Origin: Nanobdellota archaeon
GTDB taxonomy: Archaea > Nanobdellota > Nanobdellia > Pacearchaeales > GW2011-AR1
Assembly (NCBI GenBank): GCA_038045985.1
Contig: JBBSXA010000030.1
Coordinates: 1-57,486, forward strand
Reading direction: 5' to 3'
Length of the DNA: 57,486 nucleotides
Shown: positions 1 through 7,656 of the stretch, one piece after another
Position numbering within the stretch: position 1 is the stretch's first letter
How the letters are laid out: each line of letters begins with the position of its first letter
The notes under the pieces: generated by a model
The model's database searches: none
What the model was told of the DNA's origin: nothing
Seen by the model: the letters and a program-made list of their open reading frames with translations, nothing else
Position numbers and translations under genes: made by a program

Positions 1-1398
1 AGAAAAGGATTTGTTTATCCTTCTGGAGAGATTTATGGAGGATTAGCAGGATTTTGGGATTTTGGAGAAATAGGAGTTGAACTAAAAAATAATATAAAAA
101 AAGAGTGGTGGAAATATTTTGCCGGAAGAGAGGATGTTGTTGGAATTGATGGGGCTATAATAACTCATCCTCAGATTTGGAAAGCTTCTGGCCATGTTGA
201 CAGCTTTAGCGATGTTTTTGTTATATGCAAAAAATGCAAAAAACCATCTAAGATCGATAAATCTGAGACTGGAAAAGTGAAATGTGACTGTGGGGGAGAA
301 TTTGATTTTGATTCTGCTAAAGATTTCAAGTTGATGTTTGAGACAAATGTTGGAGAATACGGGAAAGCTTATCTCAGACCGGAAACAGCTCAATTAATTT
401 TTTCTAATTTCAAACTTGTTTATGAGAATTCCAGATCAAAACTGCCATTTGGAATTGCCCAGATTGGAAAGGCGTTTAGAAATGAAATTGCACCCCGGGA
501 TTTTCTTTTTAGAAGCAGAGAGTTTGAGCAGATGGAGATGCAGTTTTTTGTTGATCCTGAAAAAGCCAACAATTGCAGCTATTATGACAAAATAAAAGAG
601 GTTAGAATAAAAATTCTTGGCGCTGAAAAGAATGAAGAGGCTTTGAGCTTGGCTGAAATGCTAAAAAAAGGAATTTTTAAGAACCAGTGGCACGCTTATT
701 GGCTTTATTACTCTTATAGCTGGTTTTTGGGCTTAGGAATATCTGAGGATAATTTAAGACTTAGGGAACATGAGAAAAAAGAGTTGGCGCACTACGCCAA
801 GGCTGCCGTTGATATTGAGTACAAATTTCCAAGCGGGTGGAGAGAGATTTTTGGGAGCCACGATAGAGGGCAGTTTGATCTTGGAGAGCATGAGAAGTTT
901 TCCAAAAAAGATTTGAAGGTTTTTGATGAGGAAACAAAAAAAAGAGTTCTTCCGCAGGTTGTAGAATCTTCCTTTGGCGTAGAAAGAGCTTTTCTAGCCT
1001 TTATGTTTGATGCTTACTGTTATGATCCTTCAAGGGAAAATATTGTTTTGAAGCTTGATTCGAAGTTAGCTCCTGTTAAGGTCTCTGTTTTTCCTATTGT
1101 CAAAAAGCCTGAATTTGAGAATTTGGCAAGAAAAATCTATGAAGAGTTAAGGGAAGAATGGAATGTTTCTTATGATATTTCCGGCAGTATTGGCAGAAGA
1201 TATTCTAGAAATGATGAAATAGGAACTCCTTATTGCATAACAATTGATGGCGACTCAATTTTAGGGAAAGATGTTACAATAAGAGACAGAAACACAAAAA
1301 AACAGGTTCGTGCCAAGATATCTGAACTTAAAAATATTGTCAAAAATCTTGTCGACGGTAAAATTGAATTTGAAAAATCCGGAAAATTAATCAATTAA
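1..1398 (+). CDS. glyS: glycyl-tRNA synthetase, archaeal/eukaryotic class II type (5' end outside window)
   Basis: Frame 1 is open from nt 1 (RKGFVYPSGEIYGGLAGFWDFGEIGVELKNNIKKEWW) and continuous with track ORF 277..1398. Motifs seen: FRNEIAPRDFLFRSREFEQME and C-terminal IGRRYSRNDEIGTPYCITID. Confidence 0.9.
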   Translation, partial: RKGFVYPSGEIYGGLAGFWDFGEIGVELKNNIKKEWWKYFAGREDVVGIDGAIITHPQIWKASGHVDSFSDVFVICKKCKKPSKIDKSETGKVKCDCGGEFDFDSAKDFKLMFETNVGEYGKAYLRPETAQLIFSNFKLVYENSRSKLPFGIAQIGKAFRNEIAPRDFLFRSREFEQMEMQFFVDPEKANNCSYYDKIKEVRIKILGAEKNEEALSLAEMLKKGIFKNQWHAYWLYYSYSWFLGLGISEDNLRLREHEKKELAHYAKAAVDIEYKFPSGWREIFGSHDRGQFDLGEHEKFSKKDLKVFDEETKKRVLPQVVESSFGVERAFLAFMFDAYCYDPSRENIVLKLDSKLAPVKVSVFPIVKKPEFENLARKIYEELREEWNVSYDISGSIGRRYSRNDEIGTPYCITIDGDSILGKDVTIRDRNTKKQVRAKISELKNIVKNLVDGKIEFEKSGKLIN

Positions 1399-1600
1399 TT
1401 GATTTTCACAAAATTTTTAAATGAAGTTTTCTTAGTATTATCAATTAAAAGAGGTAAGATAGTATCATTTATGGTATTATCGACTAATAATGGCAAAAAA
1501 GAAAGCAGCTAAGAAGAAAAGAAGGTAATTCAGGTTAATCAATTAATTTTTATTTTTTATTTTTAGAAAGTTTTTTATATTCTTTTTTCTTTTTTTATTT

Positions 1601-1999
1601 ATGACATGTGTTTTTTGTGATATTGCTTTAGGGAGAATTCTCAGCGAGAGAATATATGAGAATAGGAATTTCTTTTCTATTTATGATTATAAGCCAGAAG
1701 TAGAGGGGCATGCGCTGGTTATTTCAAAAAAGCATTTTGAGACTATAATTGATATTCCTAATATTATGGGAAGTGAGTTAATGGATGCAATAAAGAGCAC
1801 AACCCTTCTGCTAATTAAGAAATATAATTTAGAAGGGTTTAATGTTATAAGCAACAACAAAAAGATTGGAGGGCAACTTGTGCCGCATGCTCATTTCCAC
1901 ATAATTCCTAGAAGAAAAGGGGATAGTTTCAGAGCTTGGAATCTTAAGAAGAGGATAAAAAATTTTAAGGAAGATATGATTCTTATTGGGGATAAATGA
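1601..1999 (+). CDS. HIT-family nucleotide hydrolase/transferase
   Basis: Histidine-triad motif HAHFHIIPR near the C-terminus; size (132 aa) typical of the family. Confidence 0.85.
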   Translation: MTCVFCDIALGRILSERIYENRNFFSIYDYKPEVEGHALVISKKHFETIIDIPNIMGSELMDAIKSTTLLLIKKYNLEGFNVISNNKKIGGQLVPHAHFHIIPRRKGDSFRAWNLKKRIKNFKEDMILIGDK

Positions 2000-2006
2000 G
2001 TTTGAA

Positions 2007-2153
2007 TGGCTCTGGGGAGAATTTAACTCCCGACCCCTGCCTGACTCAGCACAATTTGTTGAACGCATAGACTGAAAATTGGAATTTTCTGCCGATTTGC
2101 CGAACTTCATTCTTCTCATGAGAGCAGTGCTCGTAACACTGAGCTACAGAGCC
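2007..2153 (-). tRNA. tRNA with anticodon CAU (Met or Ile2), ~74-nt intron at or next to position 37/38
   Basis: Minus-strand read: GGCTCTG TA GCTC AGTGTTAC GAGC A CTGCT CTCATGA [~74 nt] GGCAG GGGTC GGGAG TTAAATT CTCCC CAGAGCC A. All four stems pair, with one G-U in the anticodon stem. Confidence 0.75.
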
Positions 2154-2196
2154 GAAGCTAAGAGAAATGCATGATTTAAAAAGCTTACATTTAGAA

Positions 2197-2388
2197 TTAT
2201 TGGGGAGCAAGTCTTCTTCTTTCTACCCTTGCTATATATCCTGCAAGCTGGTTTCTTATTTTTTTTGAGGGCATTGTGTTGCTTCCAAGAATTTTTTTGT
2301 TTCTTTCAAAGTCCTTGCTAAATTCAATTCCTCGCTTTTTGAACTCTATTGTTGCCCTTTTTATTGCCTTTGACTTTATTTTTCCCAT
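2197..2388 (-). CDS. rps17e: 30S ribosomal protein S17e
   Basis: MGKIKSKAIKRATIEF...SKKIRNQLAGYIARVERRR; length and motifs fit archaeal S17e. Confidence 0.9.
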   Translation of the reverse strand: MGKIKSKAIKRATIEFKKRGIEFSKDFERNKKILGSNTMPSKKIRNQLAGYIARVERRRLAPQ

Positions 2389-2447
2389 GCTTAATGATTG
2401 ATAATATGACTTTTAAAGCTTTTTCTTTGTAAATTTTAGGATTAATT

Positions 2448-3359
2448 TCATTCAATCCTTTCAATGTTTTCCAGAGATCTTGCAGCTTCGATTAGTCCTG
2501 AGAGTTTCTTCGGCGTTTCGCCAAGACTTAAAACTTTGTAAGCCAGATTAAAGTCAGATGACTTTTTGTATGCTTTCATCAAATCTTCATCAGTGATTCT
2601 CTTTTTTTTGTAGGCGAAGAGCAGCTTTTCTTCCTTCTTTTCTTTTATTTTTAGTATTAACTCTGATTTTCCAACTCCCTCTATTCCGATTATTTCAATG
2701 CCCCTTTTTTCTAAATGCCCTTTTATTTTGTCAAAGAATTTATCATCTTTTTTTTCTGTTTTCTTTTTTGATTGTTTTTTTGGCTTAATGGGTTCTGTTT
2801 TTTCTTTTGGCTTCTTTTTTGGCTTAGGCTCTTCTTGAATAATGGGAGCTAAGATTTCAAGGTTTTCTTCCTTTTCAATTGGCTGCATGATAATTTCTTC
2901 TTTTGGCTTTTCTTCAATTTGCTTTATTTCATCTTTAGGCGCTGTGAATTCACTTGGATCTGTTGTGAAATATCTCCAGTAAAGCTCGCCTGCATTTTCA
3001 AAGGAAATTGAAAAGTCTTTTATTGATCTTAATGCTAGCCTTATTGCAGGATCTTGACTGTGGTCATGGATGAATTTTTTTTCCTTAATCATAATGTATG
3101 CGTCTTTTTCTTTGCTTTTTAGATGCTCTGCAAATTTATCCAGTGATGGCTCTTGACCAGGGATAAAATAAACTGGAGAGCTTCCAACTCTTAAATAGCT
3201 CATTTTTATTTTTTTGTCAGATACTAACTCAGAAAGAAAAGCTGAGGTGAACAACATTGACATATTCGCATTTTTTGCTATATGAACTGGGAGGCTTGGC
3301 CCACTTCTTTTCAGAAAATTCACTATGTGTTCTTTTGTCTGAATTGCGTCTTGGGACAT
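2448..3359 (-). CDS. hypothetical protein: N-terminal winged-helix-like region, Lys/Glu/Pro-rich linker, C-terminal globular domain
   Basis: Long ORF with host-like composition; no family recognised by eye. Confidence 0.55.
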   Translation of the reverse strand: MSQDAIQTKEHIVNFLKRSGPSLPVHIAKNANMSMLFTSAFLSELVSDKKIKMSYLRVGSSPVYFIPGQEPSLDKFAEHLKSKEKDAYIMIKEKKFIHDHSQDPAIRLALRSIKDFSISFENAGELYWRYFTTDPSEFTAPKDEIKQIEEKPKEEIIMQPIEKEENLEILAPIIQEEPKPKKKPKEKTEPIKPKKQSKKKTEKKDDKFFDKIKGHLEKRGIEIIGIEGVGKSELILKIKEKKEEKLLFAYKKKRITDEDLMKAYKKSSDFNLAYKVLSLGETPKKLSGLIEAARSLENIERIE

Positions 3360-3538
3360 GCTTCAGAAAGAAAACAAGGGTATAAATATTTTTATGGCAT
3401 ATTTTGTAATAAATAAATTGATAAAAGCTTGATATTTTGCTTAAATTATTGGATAAATTAATTGATGGATTTTTTTAGTTTTATTTATTATGGAATTGGC
3501 GCTTATGGTTTTAAGAATAAACTAACTTGGTCTTTGGT

Positions 3539-4057
3539 TTATGTGCGTGTCCATGAACATTCGTAATATGAAACATCGCCTTCTTCATCAAGGATTGCAA
3601 GAAGAAGCTTCTTTTTTGTGCTATGAGCCACCCTATTTTTTGCTGCAAATTCCTGCCATGTGAATTTGTTTGATTCTGTGTCTATAAAAACAATCCATTT
3701 TGCATGAGTATCTCCGGGCTTTTTTCCTTTTTCATAAACTCTGAAATCTGCTCCGAATTTTAGCGCTGTTTTGACAATATAGCCTTTATCTCTAAGATCT
3801 TTGAAGACAGTATATTTTGAATAGACTCTTTTATCCAACTTTTGGAGTTTTTTTATTGCCTGCCCTTTATCAAGAATTTTTCCTTTGCTTAAGATTTCCA
3901 GTTTTTCCTTTTCAATTAGGTACAATGCTTCTGTTATCGTGTACTGAATTTTTTCTCCTAGCGGCTCTCCGAAATGGCTTTTTTTGTGAAGAGAGAAAGC
4001 GTCTGCTGAGTTGCTTGTCACAGAGCTTCCTAAAATGTGCGCTTGGATTTTTTCCAT
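3539..4057 (-). CDS. endA: tRNA-splicing endonuclease
   Basis: LRDKGYIVKTALKFGADFRVYEKG...HAKWIVFI...AHSTKKKLLLAI match EndA catalytic-domain motifs. The first ATG is at 4057; the track start at 4078 is a TTG. Confidence 0.85.
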   Translation of the reverse strand: MEKIQAHILGSSVTSNSADAFSLHKKSHFGEPLGEKIQYTITEALYLIEKEKLEILSKGKILDKGQAIKKLQKLDKRVYSKYTVFKDLRDKGYIVKTALKFGADFRVYEKGKKPGDTHAKWIVFIDTESNKFTWQEFAAKNRVAHSTKKKLLLAILDEEGDVSYYECSWTRT

Positions 4058-4109
4058 TGTAAAAAGAATAGAAGGCAATATTTAAAAGTTCCTAGATGAT
4101 TATTGTTTT

Positions 4110-7100
4110 ATGGCATACAACTTCCAATTAATAGAAAAGAAATGGCAGAAGAAGTGGGAAGAAAAGAAGATTTTTCAAGTGAAGGAAAATGAAAAAGGCA
4201 AGAAGAAATTTTATGTCCTTGACATGTTTCCTTACCCCTCTGGAGAAGGTTTGCATATGGGTCATGCTTTTGTTTTTTCCCTAGGAGATATTTATGCCAG
4301 ATACAAGAGGCTTCAAGGATACAATGTTCTTTATCCTATAGGCTATGATTCTCTTGGATTGCCTGCAGAGAATGCTGCAATAAAAAAAGGAATTCATCCG
4401 GAGGTTTATACTGCAAAGTCTATTGCTAACTTTATGAAGCAGCAGAAGGCGATGGGATGGAGTTATGACTGGAACAGAATGTTCAAGACTTCTGATCCTG
4501 AATTTTATGTATGGGATCAGTGGATTTTTCTTAAAATGCTTGAAAAAGGGCTTGCTTGCAGGAAAAAATCTGCTGTTAACTTTTGCAGTAAATGCCAAAC
4601 TGTGCTTGCTAATGAGCAGGTTGTTGGAGGTAAGTGTTGGAGACATGAAGATACTAATGTAGAAATTAAGCATCTTGAGCAATGGTATTACAAAACTACA
4701 AATTATGCTGAAGAGCTGCTTTCAGGTTTAGATAAATTGGAATGGCCTGAAAGAGCTAAAACAATGCAGAGAAATTGGATTGGAAAAAGCTATGGGACAG
4801 AGATTGAGTTTGAAGTTGAGAATCCAGAAAGAAAGATTTCTAATGTTGTTATTGTACATGGAAGTGCTGATGACAAAAATGATAAAGAGTACAATAGACA
4901 TTGGATGATTTGGGCTAGAAAAAGATTGGAAGAAAATGGTATTAAGGTGCTTGCTCCAAATATGCCAGAACCTTGGGGTTCTAGCTATGAATCTTGGAAG
5001 AAAGAATTTGAAAAAATTTCGAACGGTATTAATGAAAATAGTATTTTAATTGGGCATAGCAGAGGTACTGCTTTTTTTGTAAAATGGCTGGGAGAAACTG
5101 GGAAAAAAGTTAAGAAATTAATATTAGTTGCTCCTTGGAAAGTTCCTGATAAGGAATTTAAAAAAAGTTTTTATAATTTTGACATAGACATAACTGTGAA
5201 GAATCAGGTTAATGAAATTGTTTATTTTACTTCTAATAATGAGGAAGCAGATGGAAGAAAAAGTTTGAAGATGTTTTTGGATGTAATTGGTGGCAGGGTT
5301 GTGGAATTAAAGAATCATGGACATTTTACGCGTGAAGAAATGGGGACAGACGAATTCCCTGAAATTTTGGCAGAAATTAATCCAAATGAAAAATGGCCTA
5401 TATTCACAACGAGACCCGATACTGTCTACGGAGTTACTTTTATGGTGATTTCTGCACAACATTCTAGACTTTACGAATTAGTTACAAAAGAACATAAAAA
5501 AAGTGTTGATAATTTTTTGAAGAAACTTGGGAGCGTTTCAGAGAAAGAACTTGAGCTTATGGGAAAAGATGGTGTTTTTACAGGCTCTTATGCAATTAAT
5601 CCAATGACTAAAGAAAGAATTCCTATTTACGCAGGAAATTTTGTTGTTGCAGATTATGGTTCAGGAATGGTTATGGCTGTTCCTGCGCACGACCAGAGAG
5701 ATTATGAATTTGCGAAGAAATATGGTTTGAAAATTAAGCAGGTTATTTCTCCAATGTATACAAATATGACTGGTTCTGATGCTTATAGGCATAATGAAGA
5801 GCCTGTTAAAAGAAAAGCAGTTGTTGCGATTGTTAAAAATCCAAAGAATAACAAATATTTACTTTTGCAGTGGAAGAAAAATGATTGGAGGGGTTTTGTT
5901 ATTGGAGGTCTTGAAAAAGGAGAAGATCTAATAAAAGCTGCTAAAAGAGAGATTGAAGAAGAAACAGGATATAATGATATTAAATTTGTTAGAAAGCTTG
6001 ATGGTGTTGTTCATTCTAGGTTTTACCATGAAGTTAAAAAGCAGAATAGAGAAGCTGAATTTGAAACTATTTACTTTGAGTTAAACAGTGAAAAGAAAAG
6101 CAAAGTAAAGGAAGAAGAAAATAAGATTCATTCTATTGTTTGGATTGATGAAGATAAAGTTGATAGTTTTCTTGTTAGAGATAATGATATTCAAGTTATT
6201 TGGAGAAAGTTTAAAGGCAAGGAGTGTTATGAAGGCTACGGAAAGCTAATTAATTCAGGAGATTTTAATGATCTTGATAATGATGAAGCGAAAGAACATA
6301 TTGTCAAGTGGCTTGAATCTAAAAAACTTGGGGGAAAAAAAGTTCAGTATAGGCTAAAAGATTGGCTTATTTCCAGGCAAAGATATTGGGGAACACCTAT
6401 TCCTATTGTTTATTGCGATAAATGTGGAATTATTCCTTTGCAGGAAAAAGAACTTCCAGTTACACTACCTAAGAATGTAAAGTTTGGAAAAGGAAATCCT
6501 CTTCTTTCCAATGAAAAATGGATTAATACTAATTGTCCTAAATGCAAAGGAAAAGCTAAAAGGGAAACAGACACTATGGACACTTTTGCGAATTCTTCAT
6601 GGTATTATTTAAGATATGCTGATTCAAAAAATAAGAAAAAGATATTTGATTCTAAAATGGCAAACTATTGGTGCCCAATAGATCAGTATATTGGCGGGCC
6701 AGAGCATATAACAATGCATTTAATTTACATAAGATTTTACACAAAATTTTTGAGAGATTTAGGTCTTATTGACTTTGATGAACCTGCTTTGAGATATTTC
6801 ACTCAAGGAGTTGTTAAAGGCAGTGATGGAAGCAGAATGAGCAAGTCTAAAGGAAATGTTGTAGAACCTTTGGATACTATTGAAAAATATGGTGCTGATT
6901 CTTTGAGATTATATTTAATGAGCGCTTCTGCTCCGGATAGTGATTTTGACTGGGATGAGAAAGGCATTCAAAGTAGCTTTAAATTTTTGCATAAAGTTTA
7001 TGATTATTTTTATGATGTTAAATTTAGCAAGGCTGATGAAAGAGTTGAGAGCAAGCTGAACAAGACTGTCAAAGAAGTTGCAAATTTAGTTGAAGATTTT

Positions 7101-7580
7101 AAGCATAATTTGGCAATAATAAAAATTAGGGGATTTTTTGATTATATTTATGAAAAAAAAATTGACAAAAAAACTGTCGAGAGTTTTTTGAAGATTTTGC
7201 ATATTTATTGCCCTTTTATTACTGAGGAAATTTGGGCAAACATTGGCGGAAAAAATTTCATAAGCTTAAGTTCTTGGCCAAAAGTTGATGAAAAAAAGAT
7301 AAATGAAGAGTTTGAAAAAGAAGATAAGATGATTGATGAAGTTGTCAGTGATGTGAATAACATTGTTAAGATAGTTAAAGAGCGCGGAAAAGAAGTTAGC
7401 AAGCTGTATTTGTATGTTATTCCTAAAGATGTCTCAGTTTATTTAGCTAATAAAAGCGAAATAGAGAAGAGAACTACTCTTAAGATGGAAGTTTACGCAG
7501 TCAATGACATAAATAAGAAAGATCCTGAAGGAAAATCTTCAAAGGCAAAGCCAAATCGTCCAGCCATATATTTAGAATAA
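4110..7580 (+). CDS. leuS: leucyl-tRNA synthetase, bacterial-type, with two in-frame domain insertions (1156 aa)
   Basis: FPYPSGEGLHMGHAF (HIGH), GYDSLGLPAENAAIKKG, TTRPDTVYGVTFMV and AVPAHDQRDYEFAKKYGL (CP1 editing), YRLKDWLISRQRYWGTPIP, SKSKGN (KMSKS). Confidence 0.95.
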   Translation: MAYNFQLIEKKWQKKWEEKKIFQVKENEKGKKKFYVLDMFPYPSGEGLHMGHAFVFSLGDIYARYKRLQGYNVLYPIGYDSLGLPAENAAIKKGIHPEVYTAKSIANFMKQQKAMGWSYDWNRMFKTSDPEFYVWDQWIFLKMLEKGLACRKKSAVNFCSKCQTVLANEQVVGGKCWRHEDTNVEIKHLEQWYYKTTNYAEELLSGLDKLEWPERAKTMQRNWIGKSYGTEIEFEVENPERKISNVVIVHGSADDKNDKEYNRHWMIWARKRLEENGIKVLAPNMPEPWGSSYESWKKEFEKISNGINENSILIGHSRGTAFFVKWLGETGKKVKKLILVAPWKVPDKEFKKSFYNFDIDITVKNQVNEIVYFTSNNEEADGRKSLKMFLDVIGGRVVELKNHGHFTREEMGTDEFPEILAEINPNEKWPIFTTRPDTVYGVTFMVISAQHSRLYELVTKEHKKSVDNFLKKLGSVSEKELELMGKDGVFTGSYAINPMTKERIPIYAGNFVVADYGSGMVMAVPAHDQRDYEFAKKYGLKIKQVISPMYTNMTGSDAYRHNEEPVKRKAVVAIVKNPKNNKYLLLQWKKNDWRGFVIGGLEKGEDLIKAAKREIEEETGYNDIKFVRKLDGVVHSRFYHEVKKQNREAEFETIYFELNSEKKSKVKEEENKIHSIVWIDEDKVDSFLVRDNDIQVIWRKFKGKECYEGYGKLINSGDFNDLDNDEAKEHIVKWLESKKLGGKKVQYRLKDWLISRQRYWGTPIPIVYCDKCGIIPLQEKELPVTLPKNVKFGKGNPLLSNEKWINTNCPKCKGKAKRETDTMDTFANSSWYYLRYADSKNKKKIFDSKMANYWCPIDQYIGGPEHITMHLIYIRFYTKFLRDLGLIDFDEPALRYFTQGVVKGSDGSRMSKSKGNVVEPLDTIEKYGADSLRLYLMSASAPDSDFDWDEKGIQSSFKFLHKVYDYFYDVKFSKADERVESKLNKTVKEVANLVEDFKHNLAIIKIRGFFDYIYEKKIDKKTVESFLKILHIYCPFITEEIWANIGGKNFISLSSWPKVDEKKINEEFEKEDKMIDEVVSDVNNIVKIVKERGKEVSKLYLYVIPKDVSVYLANKSEIEKRTTLKMEVYAVNDINKKDPEGKSSKAKPNRPAIYLE
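4842..5385 (+). other. Insertion 1 in LeuRS: YdeN/RBBP9-like alpha/beta serine hydrolase domain
   Basis: VVIVHGS...HWMIWARKRLEENGIKVLAPNMPEP...ILIGHSRGTAF...LILVAPW...NHGHFTREE. This is the family-typical order with a GHSxG nucleophile and a C-terminal HGHF. It lies between the IEFEV segment and TTRPDT. Confidence 0.7.
5754..6235 (+). other. Insertion 2 in LeuRS: NUDIX hydrolase domain
   Basis: Perfect Nudix box GGLEKGEDLIKAAKREIEEETGY (GX5EX7REUXEEXGU) at ~5904..5972. It lies between the CP1 end (KQVISP) and the YGKLINSGDF segment. Confidence 0.8.
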
Positions 7581-7591
7581 GACGATTTGGC
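7550..7591 (+). promoter_or_regulatory. 11-bp perfect hairpin whose 20-nt loop contains the leuS stop codon
   Basis: gccaaatcgtc (7550-7560) pairs with gacgatttggc (7581-7591); the TAA is at 7578-7580. Confidence 0.6.
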
Positions 7592-7610
7592 ATTAATTCG
7601 TCCAAGCTTG

Positions 7611-7652
7611 GCCAAATTAAAGCCAGGAAGGCCTGCAATTTATTTGGAGTGA
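7611..7652 (+). repeat. Ghost copy of the LeuRS C-terminus (AKLKPGRPAIYLE*), in frame with leuS after its TAA
   Basis: Compare the real end SKAKPNRPAIYLE*. The differences are mostly synonymous (cgt/agg, cca/cct, gcc/gca, ata/att, tta/ttg, gaa/gag). Confidence 0.7.
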
Positions 7653-7656
7653 TTTT

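Noticed and set aside
82-393. Antisense or alternative-frame track ORFs inside well-supported genes. Examples: 82..393, 1829..2119, 3817..4062, 4281..4682, 8601..9142, 10172..10606, 24916..25443, 47400..48409, 49378..49893, 50495..51251, 57046..57372.
   Set aside because: Their products are low-complexity and rich in Phe, Leu and Ser, as expected from reading AT-rich genes on the wrong strand or frame. Each overlaps a gene with clear family motifs, and one overlaps the tRNA(CAU).
1490-1528. A 12-codon Lys/Arg-rich mini-ORF (MAKKKAAKKKRR) as a possible L41e-like ribosomal peptide.
   Set aside because: It is about half the length of L41e and has no recognisable similarity beyond basic composition. 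A/G-rich runs give such ORFs by chance.
1387-1550. Three occurrences of (tt)aatcaattaa(tt) after glyS, considered as another ghost C-terminus (LIN*).
   Set aside because: The word is AT-only, short and partly palindromic. Only 3-4 codons would match, and an upstream stop intervenes. This cannot be distinguished from low-complexity chance.
2040-2115. A C/D-box guide RNA inside the long tRNA(CAU) intron.
   Set aside because: Only a 5/7 match to the C box and a single terminal CUGA are present. No C' or D' boxes or obvious guide complementarity are visible, so it is kept as a weak note only.
4842-6235. Inteins as the explanation for the two LeuRS insertions.
   Set aside because: The inserts have no Cys/Ser/Thr at the N-terminal junction, no terminal His-Asn plus nucleophile, and no LAGLIDADG or HNH blocks. 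They carry complete hydrolase and NUDIX motifs instead.
7578-7652. Genetic-code reassignment of TAA (stop-to-sense) to explain the in-frame ghost after leuS.
   Set aside because: Many other well-supported genes in the window end cleanly at TAA with correct-length C-termini (glyS, gatD, gatE, aspS, asnS, ftsZ). At most, local readthrough is conceivable.
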